From contig CACMRK010000004.1 in the NCBI GenBank assembly GCA_902616075.1, forward strand, positions 22,346-86,345: a DNA stretch of 64,000 bases. Reading direction: 5' to 3'. Source of the stretch: an uncultured Alphaproteobacteria bacterium (lineage in GTDB: Bacteria > Pseudomonadota > Alphaproteobacteria > HIMB59 > GCA-002718135). The notes under the pieces are model-generated. The model searched no databases, had not been told where the DNA came from, and saw nothing but the letters and a program-made list of their open reading frames with translations. Both the position numbers and the translations under genes were made by a program. The first letter of the stretch is position 1. Each line of letters opens with the position of its first letter. Positions 34,085-42,682 of the stretch are shown here, piece by piece.

Positions 34085-35131
34085 TTAATTTGATTTAAAT
34101 TTATTAAAATATTTAGTTGATAATTGTGCTTTTTTAGGTGAGTCAGCAGTATCAGCAAATAGCATACTTAAAGTTGCTTCATCTGGATAAATAGCTGGGT
34201 CTCCTAAAATTTCTGGGTCAACTAGCTCATTAGCTGCTTTGTTTGGGTTAGAATACCAAACATAGTTAGTAATATCTGCAGCAACTTCAGGGCGCAAAAT
34301 ATAATTTATAAACTTATGTGCATTTAAAACATTTTTTGCATCAGCTGGAATTGCCATCATATCAAACCAAATTACTGTTCCTTCTGAAGGTATAGAATAC
34401 CAAACTGGTTCTATTTCTTCGTAAGCAGCAATAAAAACATCACCTGACCATCCCATAGCTAGACAAATTTCACCATTAGCGAGATCATCAATATATTGAG
34501 AGGAATCAAAATACCTAATGAAAGGTCTAATTTCCTGCAACATTGAAAGAGCAGCCTTATAATCATTTTCGTCTTCAGTATTAGGATCTTTACCTACATA
34601 TTTTAAGGCAATTTCCATTACTTCAGATGGTGCATCTAACATTGCTATACCACAATCCTCATATTTAGAAGCTATAGCTGGGTCAAATAATACACTCCAA
34701 CTAGTAACTTCATCTTCATCTACCTTATCAGTATTGTAACCAATGCCAGTTGTGCCGTACATGTAGTTTACTGAATACTGACCGCCTGGATCATGAGCAT
34801 CTATCTTTGATAAAACTTCAGGATCTAAATTTCCTAAGTTCGATAATTCAGATTTATCAAGTTTTTGAAAAACTCCTGCCTTGATTTGGTTTTCTAAAAA
34901 AGAACCAGAAGGCACGACAATATCATAGCCAGACCCACCAGCTAAAAGTTTAGCTTCAAGAACTTCGTTAGAATCAAAAACATCATAAGTTACATCAATG
35001 CCAAATTCATTTTCGAAATTTTCAATTGTATCTTCGGCAATATAGTCAGACCAATTGTAAATAAATAATTCTTCTTTAGCCTGAGCTGAAAAAGAAATTA
35101 AAACTAATAGAGATATAAAATACTTAAGCAT
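34085..35131 (-). CDS. potF: Polyamine ABC substrate-binding protein PotF
   Basis: Signal peptide, YNWSDYI, DSNE.LEAKL, YDIVVPS, GWSGD; SD AGGAGG. Confidence 0.88.
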   Translation of the reverse strand: MLKYFISLLVLISFSAQAKEELFIYNWSDYIAEDTIENFENEFGIDVTYDVFDSNEVLEAKLLAGGSGYDIVVPSGSFLENQIKAGVFQKLDKSELSNLGNLDPEVLSKIDAHDPGGQYSVNYMYGTTGIGYNTDKVDEDEVTSWSVLFDPAIASKYEDCGIAMLDAPSEVMEIALKYVGKDPNTEDENDYKAALSMLQEIRPFIRYFDSSQYIDDLANGEICLAMGWSGDVFIAAYEEIEPVWYSIPSEGTVIWFDMMAIPADAKNVLNAHKFINYILRPEVAADITNYVWYSNPNKAANELVDPEILGDPAIYPDEATLSMLFADTADSPKKAQLSTKYFNKFKSN

Positions 35132-35171
35132 TATTCCCCTCCTAAATAAAAATTACATTAAATAAAATAAA

Positions 35172-36029
35172 TTAAAAATCGAGAATTTTTTTATATAGAT
35201 CGGGTCTTCTGTCTCTAAAGTTACCCCATAATTTTCTATATTCTCTTGAAATTAACAAATCTAAAGTCGCAGTTATTATTCCCTCATCCTTATCATTCAT
35301 ACGGTTTATTACATTTCCAAGATGATCCAGTATAAAAGAATTACCATAAAAATTTAATTCAATATCTGCTTCGACCTCCTTCCCTATTCTATTCGAGGTT
35401 ATTATAGGAATTTGATTTGCAGCAGCATGTCCTACCATTGTATTAATCCAATGATCCCTGGAATTTAGTTCAGGCATGTGTGGCTCAGAGCCAATTGCTG
35501 ATGGATAAAAAATTAAATCTGCTCCTTTCAATGTTAGTATTCTTGCACATTCAGGAAACCACTGATCCCAACAAATTGCACAGCCAACTTTTGCCAGAGG
35601 GGTGTCAAAAACCATAAAACCTGTATTGCCTTTTTCAAAATAATACTTTTCATTATATCCAGGCCCTTCAGGGATGTGAGATTTATTATAAACTTCACTT
35701 ATTTTACCGAAAGAATCAATCATAACTAGAGAGTTAAAAAACTTATTTTCCTTTTTTTGAAAAAAACTAATTGGTAATGAAATCTTTTTATCTTTACAAA
35801 TATTAGATAATTTTTCGAACATTGGATGGGAAGGAAAATCAATTGCAAGATCAAAAAATTTATCATTTTTTGTTGAACAAAAATAATAATCTTGAAATAA
35901 TTCTTGCAGAAGTAAAATATCAACATTCTCATTTGAAGCTTTTTCAACTAAACTAATTGCTTTGTTTAAATTAGCTTCAAAGTCTCCTTTAAAAGCCTTA
36001 AATTGTGATGTTGCTACTTTTACCTTCAT
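35172..36029 (-). CDS. aguB: N-carbamoylputrescine amidase
   Basis: Nitrilase triad QELF / KSHIP / ICWDQWFPE; ATGA overlap with the aguA stop. Confidence 0.88.
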   Translation of the reverse strand: MKVKVATSQFKAFKGDFEANLNKAISLVEKASNENVDILLLQELFQDYYFCSTKNDKFFDLAIDFPSHPMFEKLSNICKDKKISLPISFFQKKENKFFNSLVMIDSFGKISEVYNKSHIPEGPGYNEKYYFEKGNTGFMVFDTPLAKVGCAICWDQWFPECARILTLKGADLIFYPSAIGSEPHMPELNSRDHWINTMVGHAAANQIPIITSNRIGKEVEADIELNFYGNSFILDHLGNVINRMNDKDEGIITATLDLLISREYRKLWGNFRDRRPDLYKKILDF

Positions 36030-37009
36030 ATTTTTGGTACATTCATTGTTATACAATGAATATTTCCTCCACCATAATTTATATTTTCTGTTTCCAACAT
36101 TATAATCTCTCGATTTGGGAATAAATTTTCAAAAGTTAATTTTACCTCATTGTCTTCCTTAACATTGAATTTAGGTAAGATAATTTTATTTTTACTGAAA
36201 TAGAAATTTATATATGAGCTAATAATATTCTTATTATTAATCTTTTTTCTTGTAGGTAAAGGAACTTCAATTAAATCAAATGTCTGATTAGTATCTTTAA
36301 AAAATTTAATAAGATCAGATTTGTTTTTTTCTAATATTTCAAAATTAGGATCTAATTTGTGAGTTGTAGCAATTAAATATTTATTTTTTCCTATTGGGCA
36401 TAATAAATTATCTACATGACCATCTGTGTCATCCTCCATTAGTCCATTTTCAAAGAAAAAAATATAATTTAAGTCAAACAATAGCTTTAATTTTTCAATT
36501 ATATATTCACTATTATGTTTTTGTTTTCTATTTTTATTAAATATTACATTTTTAGTGCTAAATAAATTTTTTTTATCATCATAAGTTATTGCTCCTCCTT
36601 CAATGACTAAGTCAGAAGTTATTGTTGGGATATTTAAATAGTTTGAAATAAATTTTGATATTTTATTATCATTTAAATAACCTGGATACTTTCCATAACC
36701 ATTAAATTCAAAGCTAATTGATTTTAATTTTTCATCTTCGTTATAAAAAATTGGTGCAATATCTCGCATCCAAGAATCATCTAATTTACATTCTACAATA
36801 TCTATATTTTTATGATCAGTTTTATTTAGAATTTCATTTATGTCTTCTTTATTTGACAAAACAATAACATGCTCAGTTTTTGCAATTTCATTAATTACAT
36901 TTGCAACTTCATCTCTGGCCTTATTAATAATTTTACCATAAAGATCTTTATTACATGGCCAAGCAATCAAACAATATTGGTGTTCATACCATTCAGGAAT
37001 TAGTTTCAT
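36026..37009 (-). CDS. aguA: Agmatine deiminase
   Basis: PEW, DSWMRD, EGG, DTDGHVD, SYIN, GGGNIHCIT catalytic Cys. Confidence 0.9.
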   Translation of the reverse strand: MKLIPEWYEHQYCLIAWPCNKDLYGKIINKARDEVANVINEIAKTEHVIVLSNKEDINEILNKTDHKNIDIVECKLDDSWMRDIAPIFYNEDEKLKSISFEFNGYGKYPGYLNDNKISKFISNYLNIPTITSDLVIEGGAITYDDKKNLFSTKNVIFNKNRKQKHNSEYIIEKLKLLFDLNYIFFFENGLMEDDTDGHVDNLLCPIGKNKYLIATTHKLDPNFEILEKNKSDLIKFFKDTNQTFDLIEVPLPTRKKINNKNIISSYINFYFSKNKIILPKFNVKEDNEVKLTFENLFPNREIIMLETENINYGGGNIHCITMNVPKI

Positions 37010-37037
37010 AAAATTTAAAAATATGTATAATTATTTC

Positions 37038-37601
37038 ATGTCTAAAGATGAAGTAAAATTCACTGAAATGAAACATGGTGATAAAGAGGATTATGAACTT
37101 CTTGCTAATTTTGAAGATAAATTTATTGAAGGTACAGCTGATAGAATAGTAAGAGTGCTAGAAAGTTTAGACAATTCTTTAGGTGGCTATAAGGTATCGA
37201 GACTAGAACACTCACTTCAAACTGCATCAAGGGCGTTACGTGAACAAGCTTCTGAAGAAATGGTGGTAGCTTCCTTATTGCATGATATAGGTGATGAAAT
37301 TGCACCACTTAATCATTCTGAACTTGCAGCTGCAGTATTAAAACCTTTTGTTTCTGAAAAAACAAGATGGATTGTAGAACAACACGGTTTGTTTCAAGCC
37401 TACTACTATAATCATTATTATGGAAAAGATAGAAATCTAAGAGATAAATTCAAAGGTCATGAATTCTTTAAGGACACTATAGATTTTTGTGAAAGATGGG
37501 ATCAAGCATCATTTGATCCAAATTATGATACAATTCCTTTAAAAGAATTTGTTCCAATGGTTCAAAGAATATTTAATAGAACACCTTATAGAAATTTATA
37601 A
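37038..37601 (+). CDS. HD-domain protein of the diiron oxygenase type (TmpB/PhnZ-like)
   Basis: LEHSLQTA, LLHDIGD, NH, QH and WD give an H..HD..H..H..D ligand set; N-terminal FTEMKHG..EDY. Confidence 0.7.
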   Translation: MSKDEVKFTEMKHGDKEDYELLANFEDKFIEGTADRIVRVLESLDNSLGGYKVSRLEHSLQTASRALREQASEEMVVASLLHDIGDEIAPLNHSELAAAVLKPFVSEKTRWIVEQHGLFQAYYYNHYYGKDRNLRDKFKGHEFFKDTIDFCERWDQASFDPNYDTIPLKEFVPMVQRIFNRTPYRNL

Positions 37602-38069
37602 TTATTTTTTTAGCTTATTGATTAGTGTAAGGTTACCTGGATCAAAATTATTTTTATTTTCTTGAATAAATTTATCTATATCTTTTTGCTTTTCTAATTC
37701 TAATTCAGAAACTTTTCTAATATTTAAATCAACATACAAAGAACAAACCTCTGTTGTTGCTGCTCTATAACCTTCAAGCTTATGTGTCATTTCTAATTTA
37801 TAAATTAATCTTTTTTTATCCCTATCAAGAAATAACAAATTAATATCTACTTCATCACCCTCTTTCACTTCTTTGTCATAAGTTGTGTGTGACTCTACGG
37901 CAAAAGTAGTTTTCTTCTCTGTTTTTGCAGAAGTTTCACCCATATTAAATTTTTGTAAAAGAACTTCCCATCCAGCATCAAAAAGATGAATATAAAATGC
38001 CAAATTCATATGACCATTGTAATCGGTCCATTCTTTTTTCACTTTTCCTGAATTTAAATATATCTTCAT
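37602..38069 (-). CDS. Hot-dog thioesterase, betainyl-CoA thioesterase (CdhB)-like
   Basis: W.DYNGHMN..Y, F.VESH; adjacent to cdhC/cdhA-like genes. Confidence 0.78.
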   Translation of the reverse strand: MKIYLNSGKVKKEWTDYNGHMNLAFYIHLFDAGWEVLLQKFNMGETSAKTEKKTTFAVESHTTYDKEVKEGDEVDINLLFLDRDKKRLIYKLEMTHKLEGYRAATTEVCSLYVDLNIRKVSELELEKQKDIDKFIQENKNNFDPGNLTLINKLKK

Positions 38070-38111
38070 TGTTTTTCTTTATTAATTCAAAAAATATAGT
38101 AGTTTAAATTA

Positions 38112-39002
38112 ATGAATAATGAAGTAATAATTTCGTGTGCTGTAACTGGATCAGGAGATACAGCAGGCAAACATCCTGAATTACCTATAACACCAAAACA
38201 AATTGCTGATGCTTCAATTGAAGCTGCCAAAGCGGGTGCAGCAATAGCTCATTTACATGTAAGGGAACCTGATGGCAAACCTTCTAGAAATTTAAGTTAT
38301 TATAAAGAAGTGGCAGATAGAATTCGCTCTTCTGATACTGATGTAGTTTTAAATTTTACTACAGGTATGGGTGGTGATTTTGAAGTTGGAACAGGTAAAG
38401 ATCCTTTAAATCCCGTGGGAGCAAATACAGATATGATCGATGCATTAAGCAGATTAGAACATGTTGAAGAGTTATTGCCAGAAATTTGTACTTTAGACTG
38501 CGGATCACTAAATTTTGGTGACTCAAACATGACATTTATTCATACACCGATACAACTAAGAACTGCAGCAAAAAAAATGCAGGAGCTTGGAGTGAAACCA
38601 GAAATGGAAGCTTTTGAAATGGGTCATTTATGGTTTGCTAACCAACTTTATAAAGAAGGTTTAATTGATGGTCCTCCTTTTTATCAAATATGCCTTGGCA
38701 TACCTTGGGGATCACCTGCAACAACGAGCGCAATGAAAGCAATGGCTGAAATGGTACCTACTGAAGGTATTTGGTCTGGATTTGGAATAGGAAGATCACA
38801 AATGCCCATGGCTGCACAAGCAGTTATTTTAGGAGGAAATGTTCGTGTGGGACTTGAAGATAATCTTTATTTAAAGAAAGGAGTTTTTGCATCAAATGCA
38901 CAGTTAGTTGAAAAAGCAAGATGCATTGTTGAAGATATGGGGGCTTCTATTTTATCCCCTCAACAGACTAGAGAGAAATTAAAACTAAAAAAACATTTTT
39001 AA
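38112..39002 (+). CDS. cdhC: Beta-keto acid cleavage enzyme, 3-dehydrocarnitine cleavage (CdhC)-like
   Basis: [32 protein letters not shown]; upstream of a carnitine dehydrogenase. Confidence 0.8.
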   Translation: MNNEVIISCAVTGSGDTAGKHPELPITPKQIADASIEAAKAGAAIAHLHVREPDGKPSRNLSYYKEVADRIRSSDTDVVLNFTTGMGGDFEVGTGKDPLNPVGANTDMIDALSRLEHVEELLPEICTLDCGSLNFGDSNMTFIHTPIQLRTAAKKMQELGVKPEMEAFEMGHLWFANQLYKEGLIDGPPFYQICLGIPWGSPATTSAMKAMAEMVPTEGIWSGFGIGRSQMPMAAQAVILGGNVRVGLEDNLYLKKGVFASNAQLVEKARCIVEDMGASILSPQQTREKLKLKKHF

Positions 39003-39003
39003 T

Positions 39004-39924
39004 TTGAAAAATATTGCTGTCATTGGAACTGGTGTAATTGGTACCGGCTGGATACTTAGATTTCTCGCTAATGGTATAAAAGTCAAAGCATTTGATAAAA
39101 ATTCTCAGCAATTACATTTTCTAAAAGAAGAAATAACAAGAACAAACTTAATTATAAAGAAATTATATAATACAAAAATCAATTTCAAAAATTTGGAAAT
39201 CGTAGACAGTATTGAAGAAGCAGTAAAAAATGCAGAGTTAATTCAGGAAAATGTCCCCGAACGATTAACTTTAAAAAAAGATGTTATAAAAAATATAAGT
39301 AAATATTCACCCTCAAATTCAATAATTGCTTCAAGTTCATCTGGTTTACTTCCATCAGATTTACAATCAAAATGTATTAATCCAAAAAGATTAATCATAG
39401 CTCATCCATTTAACCCTGTATATATTCTCCCTTTGGTTGAAATTGTAAAAGGTAAAAAAACTACAAATTTATATCTAAATAAAGCAAAAAAATTTTATCA
39501 AAAAATTAAAATGAAGACATTATCGGTAGAAAAAGAATTACCAGGCTTTTTATCTGATAGATTGCAAGAAGCTTTGTGGAGAGAGGGGTTACATATTGTA
39601 AATGATGGATATGCTTCAACAAAAGATTTAGATGAAGCAATCACTTATGGGCCTGGTATGAGGTGGGCTTTAATGGGAACTTTTCTTACTTTTCATCTTG
39701 CTGGAGGAGAAATGGGTATGAAACACATGTTAGATCAATTTGGACCAGCATTAAAACTTCCATGGACTAAACTGAAATCTCCAAAATTGACAAAAAAGCT
39801 TAAAGAAAAAATCATCAAAGGAACAAAAAAACAATCAAATAATCATTCTATAAAAGATTTAAGTAACATAAGAGATAATTTCTTAATAGATTTGCTAGAA
39901 TTAAAGAAAAAATATAAATTATAA
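39004..39924 (+). CDS. cdhA: L-carnitine 3-dehydrogenase
   Basis: GTGVIG.GW, QENVPE, HPFNPVY, DRLQEALWRE, GM.H...QFGPALKLPWTKL. Confidence 0.82.
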   Translation: MKNIAVIGTGVIGTGWILRFLANGIKVKAFDKNSQQLHFLKEEITRTNLIIKKLYNTKINFKNLEIVDSIEEAVKNAELIQENVPERLTLKKDVIKNISKYSPSNSIIASSSSGLLPSDLQSKCINPKRLIIAHPFNPVYILPLVEIVKGKKTTNLYLNKAKKFYQKIKMKTLSVEKELPGFLSDRLQEALWREGLHIVNDGYASTKDLDEAITYGPGMRWALMGTFLTFHLAGGEMGMKHMLDQFGPALKLPWTKLKSPKLTKKLKEKIIKGTKKQSNNHSIKDLSNIRDNFLIDLLELKKKYKL

Positions 39925-39926
39925 TT

Positions 39927-40934
39927 ATGACAATAATCTCAAAATATGTAGCTTTAAAAAATTATATACCAACTGGCTTACCCAAAGAAGAGGATTTTGA
40001 AATTAAATCTAAAACTTTAGAATTAGATGAAACAAATAATATTCATGTTCTTAATTCATGGATATCTGTTGATCCGTATATGAGAGCAAGAATGACAGAA
40101 CGTAAAAATTATAAACCACCCTTTTTACTAGGCGAGGAAATGGAAGGTTATGCAATTGGGTCAGTACAAAAATCAAAAGATTCACAATTTAAAGAAGGAG
40201 ATGTTGTTTTCAGTAATTTTGGAATGAGAGATAACTTCATTTGCAAAGGCGGTGATTTAAAAAAAATAAAAAATTCCAATCTTCCATTGCAAACTTATCT
40301 AGGACCTTTAGGAATGACAGGTCAAACAGCATATATTGGTCTTTTTAATCATGGAAATATACAAAAGGGACAAAGTATTCTTGTATCTTCAGCAGGTGGA
40401 AGTGTTGGATCAACAGTTTGTCAAATTGCAAAAAATTTAGGATGTAAAGTTTATGCTAGTACAGGATCAGATGAAAAAGTTGATTGGTTAAAAAATGAAT
40501 TAAATGTTGATGTGGCATTTAATTATAAAAAAATTGATAACCTTGTTCTTCACTTAAAAGAAATTTGTCCTGAAGGATTTGACTTATATTTTGATAATGT
40601 TGGGGGTGATTTTTTAGAGTCTGCGATTTTTCGAATGAAAAATTTTGGAAGAATTATTATTTGTGGAAGAATATCTCAGATGAATTCAACTTCTACTCCT
40701 GCTGGACTAAAAAATATGGCTCACGTATTAGTAAAAAGATTAACAATAAAAGGTTTTTTAATTTTTGATCATGAAAATGATAATGAGCCTTTTGAAACTG
40801 ATATGCGAAATTGGATTTCAGAAGGAAAAATAAAATTTAAAGAAACAATTTATGAAAATATAGAAAATGCTCCTAAAGCATTTATAGATTTACTTAATGG
40901 TAAAAATTTAGGCAAAATGTTAGTTAAAATTTAA
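39927..40934 (+). CDS. NADP-dependent alkenal/one reductase (PTGR/CurA family)
   Basis: SVDPYMR, LGMTG.TAY, YFDNVGG, GKN.GK. Confidence 0.87.
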   Translation: MTIISKYVALKNYIPTGLPKEEDFEIKSKTLELDETNNIHVLNSWISVDPYMRARMTERKNYKPPFLLGEEMEGYAIGSVQKSKDSQFKEGDVVFSNFGMRDNFICKGGDLKKIKNSNLPLQTYLGPLGMTGQTAYIGLFNHGNIQKGQSILVSSAGGSVGSTVCQIAKNLGCKVYASTGSDEKVDWLKNELNVDVAFNYKKIDNLVLHLKEICPEGFDLYFDNVGGDFLESAIFRMKNFGRIIICGRISQMNSTSTPAGLKNMAHVLVKRLTIKGFLIFDHENDNEPFETDMRNWISEGKIKFKETIYENIENAPKAFIDLLNGKNLGKMLVKI

Positions 40935-42374
40935 CTAAATTGTAACGTAGGGAGACGTCCCTCGATATTTTATATCTAATTTAAGTTCTTTATCAATTGG
41001 AGGAAAAGCTCTTTGCTGACATTCCACTCTAGGGCATATCCTACACGAAACTCCAATTGGCATTTGTAATTTTTTATTATTAAGATCAATTCCTTCAGAA
41101 TAAATTAGATCTTTAGCGTATTTCATATCACAACCTAAACCAATCGAAACAAAACTTTTAGGCATTCCATGTTTTTCAATTCCTTTCTCAAAAGCTCTTG
41201 CTATACAAAAATATACTCGTCCATCAGGCATTTTAGATATTTGAGGATGAATTTTTCCAGGATTTAAAAAAGCAGTATACACATTCCATCTAGGACAAGA
41301 ACCTCCATGTCTTGGTATATGAATACCAGATAAAGAAAATCGCTTTGACACATTTCCAGCAATATCTGTTTTTAAAAAATGAAATGGCACTCCTTCGTTT
41401 CCAGGTCTTTGAAGATTTGTTAATCTATGTGTAACTTGTTCAAAACTACAAGCATAATGATGCATCAAAATTTCTACATCATATTTATGTAATTTAGCAC
41501 TCTTTAAAAAATCGTTATAAGGCATCATAAAAGCAGCAGCATAATAATTTAGTAAAGATAGTTTAAGCAAAGGTTCTACTTCTTCTGATTCGACGTTATT
41601 ATCTTTAATAACTTTATTGATAACATCATTAGCCTCTAAATAAGCAACTTGTGATGCTAAATGAAAGTTTCTTGATGTGTAAGTTAACATTTCAGAAAGA
41701 TAAAAAATCTTGGATTTTTCATCAAATCTTTTAACTATTTTTTCATCTTCGTTTATGGTCACTATTTTAACTTCAATTCCATGTTTTTCTTTAAGATAAA
41801 GTGATAATTTAGATCCAGAACCAATGTTAGGTCCAGTTTCAAGACCTATTTCTTTTCTTAGATTTTCAGAACTTACTTCTAAATCATGAAAATAATTTTT
41901 ATTTTCTTGAAGAATATCTGAAACGATTTCTACAGGTAATCTTGTTGGTTTTTCAATTTGATTTGCATTGACATCCATCGTTTCAAGTCGATTTTGCATA
42001 TCTTCTTTAAAACTTTTAAAAGAATCATTTATTGTCAGTAATGCCTTAGCTATGTTAGGATTTGAACCAATAAAGTCACTTGTGTCATAATTGGTTATCT
42101 TTAAATCATCAAAAATCTCATTGCTTAAAACATCCATTACGTCTGAAAGTAGTCGTTTACTAGATTCTGTTGAGAAGTCTTTAATTGATAAATCTAATTT
42201 ATCAGCTGCTTTAATTAGTAAGGAAAGTGGTATTTTTCTTTTTCCACTTTCAATTAAATTTAAATAACTAGGAGATATACCAATAGTTTTTGATAATTCA
42301 GCTTGTGAAAAACCTTTGCTTATCCTTTGTTTTTTTAACCTTGGGCCAAAATTTATGTCAGATTCAATATTCAT
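40935..42374 (-). CDS. XRE-family short-chain fatty acyl-CoA regulator (ScfR/RamB/PrpR/PccR)
   Basis: N-terminal HTH (SPSYLNLIE), SFEQV.HRL..LQRP, GNVSKR, C-terminal CRIC.R.EC.QR. Confidence 0.9.
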   Translation of the reverse strand: MNIESDINFGPRLKKQRISKGFSQAELSKTIGISPSYLNLIESGKRKIPLSLLIKAADKLDLSIKDFSTESSKRLLSDVMDVLSNEIFDDLKITNYDTSDFIGSNPNIAKALLTINDSFKSFKEDMQNRLETMDVNANQIEKPTRLPVEIVSDILQENKNYFHDLEVSSENLRKEIGLETGPNIGSGSKLSLYLKEKHGIEVKIVTINEDEKIVKRFDEKSKIFYLSEMLTYTSRNFHLASQVAYLEANDVINKVIKDNNVESEEVEPLLKLSLLNYYAAAFMMPYNDFLKSAKLHKYDVEILMHHYACSFEQVTHRLTNLQRPGNEGVPFHFLKTDIAGNVSKRFSLSGIHIPRHGGSCPRWNVYTAFLNPGKIHPQISKMPDGRVYFCIARAFEKGIEKHGMPKSFVSIGLGCDMKYAKDLIYSEGIDLNNKKLQMPIGVSCRICPRVECQQRAFPPIDKELKLDIKYRGTSPYVTI

Positions 42375-42481
42375 TTACAAAATTTACAAAAATAATAAAT
42401 TCGAAGTAATTTTCTTTACATTAAAACTAAGAAAAACTCTAGTTTTTTTTCATTTTTTTATGTATTTGTAAAATCTGTAAA
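42374..42481. promoter_or_regulatory. Mirrored tandem TTTACAAA/TTTGTAAA operator-like repeats in the divergent promoter region
   Basis: TTTACAAA-A-TTTACAAA at 42374-42390 and TTTGTAAA-A-TCTGTAAA at 42465-42481 are inverted copies (15/17 identical); they resemble the TTTGCAAA core bound by RamB/PccR/PrpR. Confidence 0.65.
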
Positions 42482-42482
42482 T

Positions 42483-42662
42483 ATGAACAGTAAATTAACA
42501 GAAAATATTAACAACCAAAAAGACAGCCTAGAGCAGAGTTCTATTGAGAAGAAGGTTCTTGAAGGATCTATAGACTCAAATTATGACCTTAATCTTGCTG
42601 ATGGTATCGAAGCATACTACAGCGAAAGATACGGTTGGACTCTTAGAAGAAAAACGATCTAA
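42483..42662 (+). CDS. Small hypothetical protein, 59 aa (not in the ORF track)
   Basis: MNSKLTENINNQKDSLEQSSIEKKVLEGSIDSNYDLNLADGIEAYYSERYGWTLRRKTI*; fills the gap between two genes, is less AT-rich than intergenic DNA, and has a hairpin plus T-tract at its stop. Confidence 0.7.
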   Translation: MNSKLTENINNQKDSLEQSSIEKKVLEGSIDSNYDLNLADGIEAYYSERYGWTLRRKTI

Positions 42663-42682
42663 TTAAATTAGATTTTTTCTCT

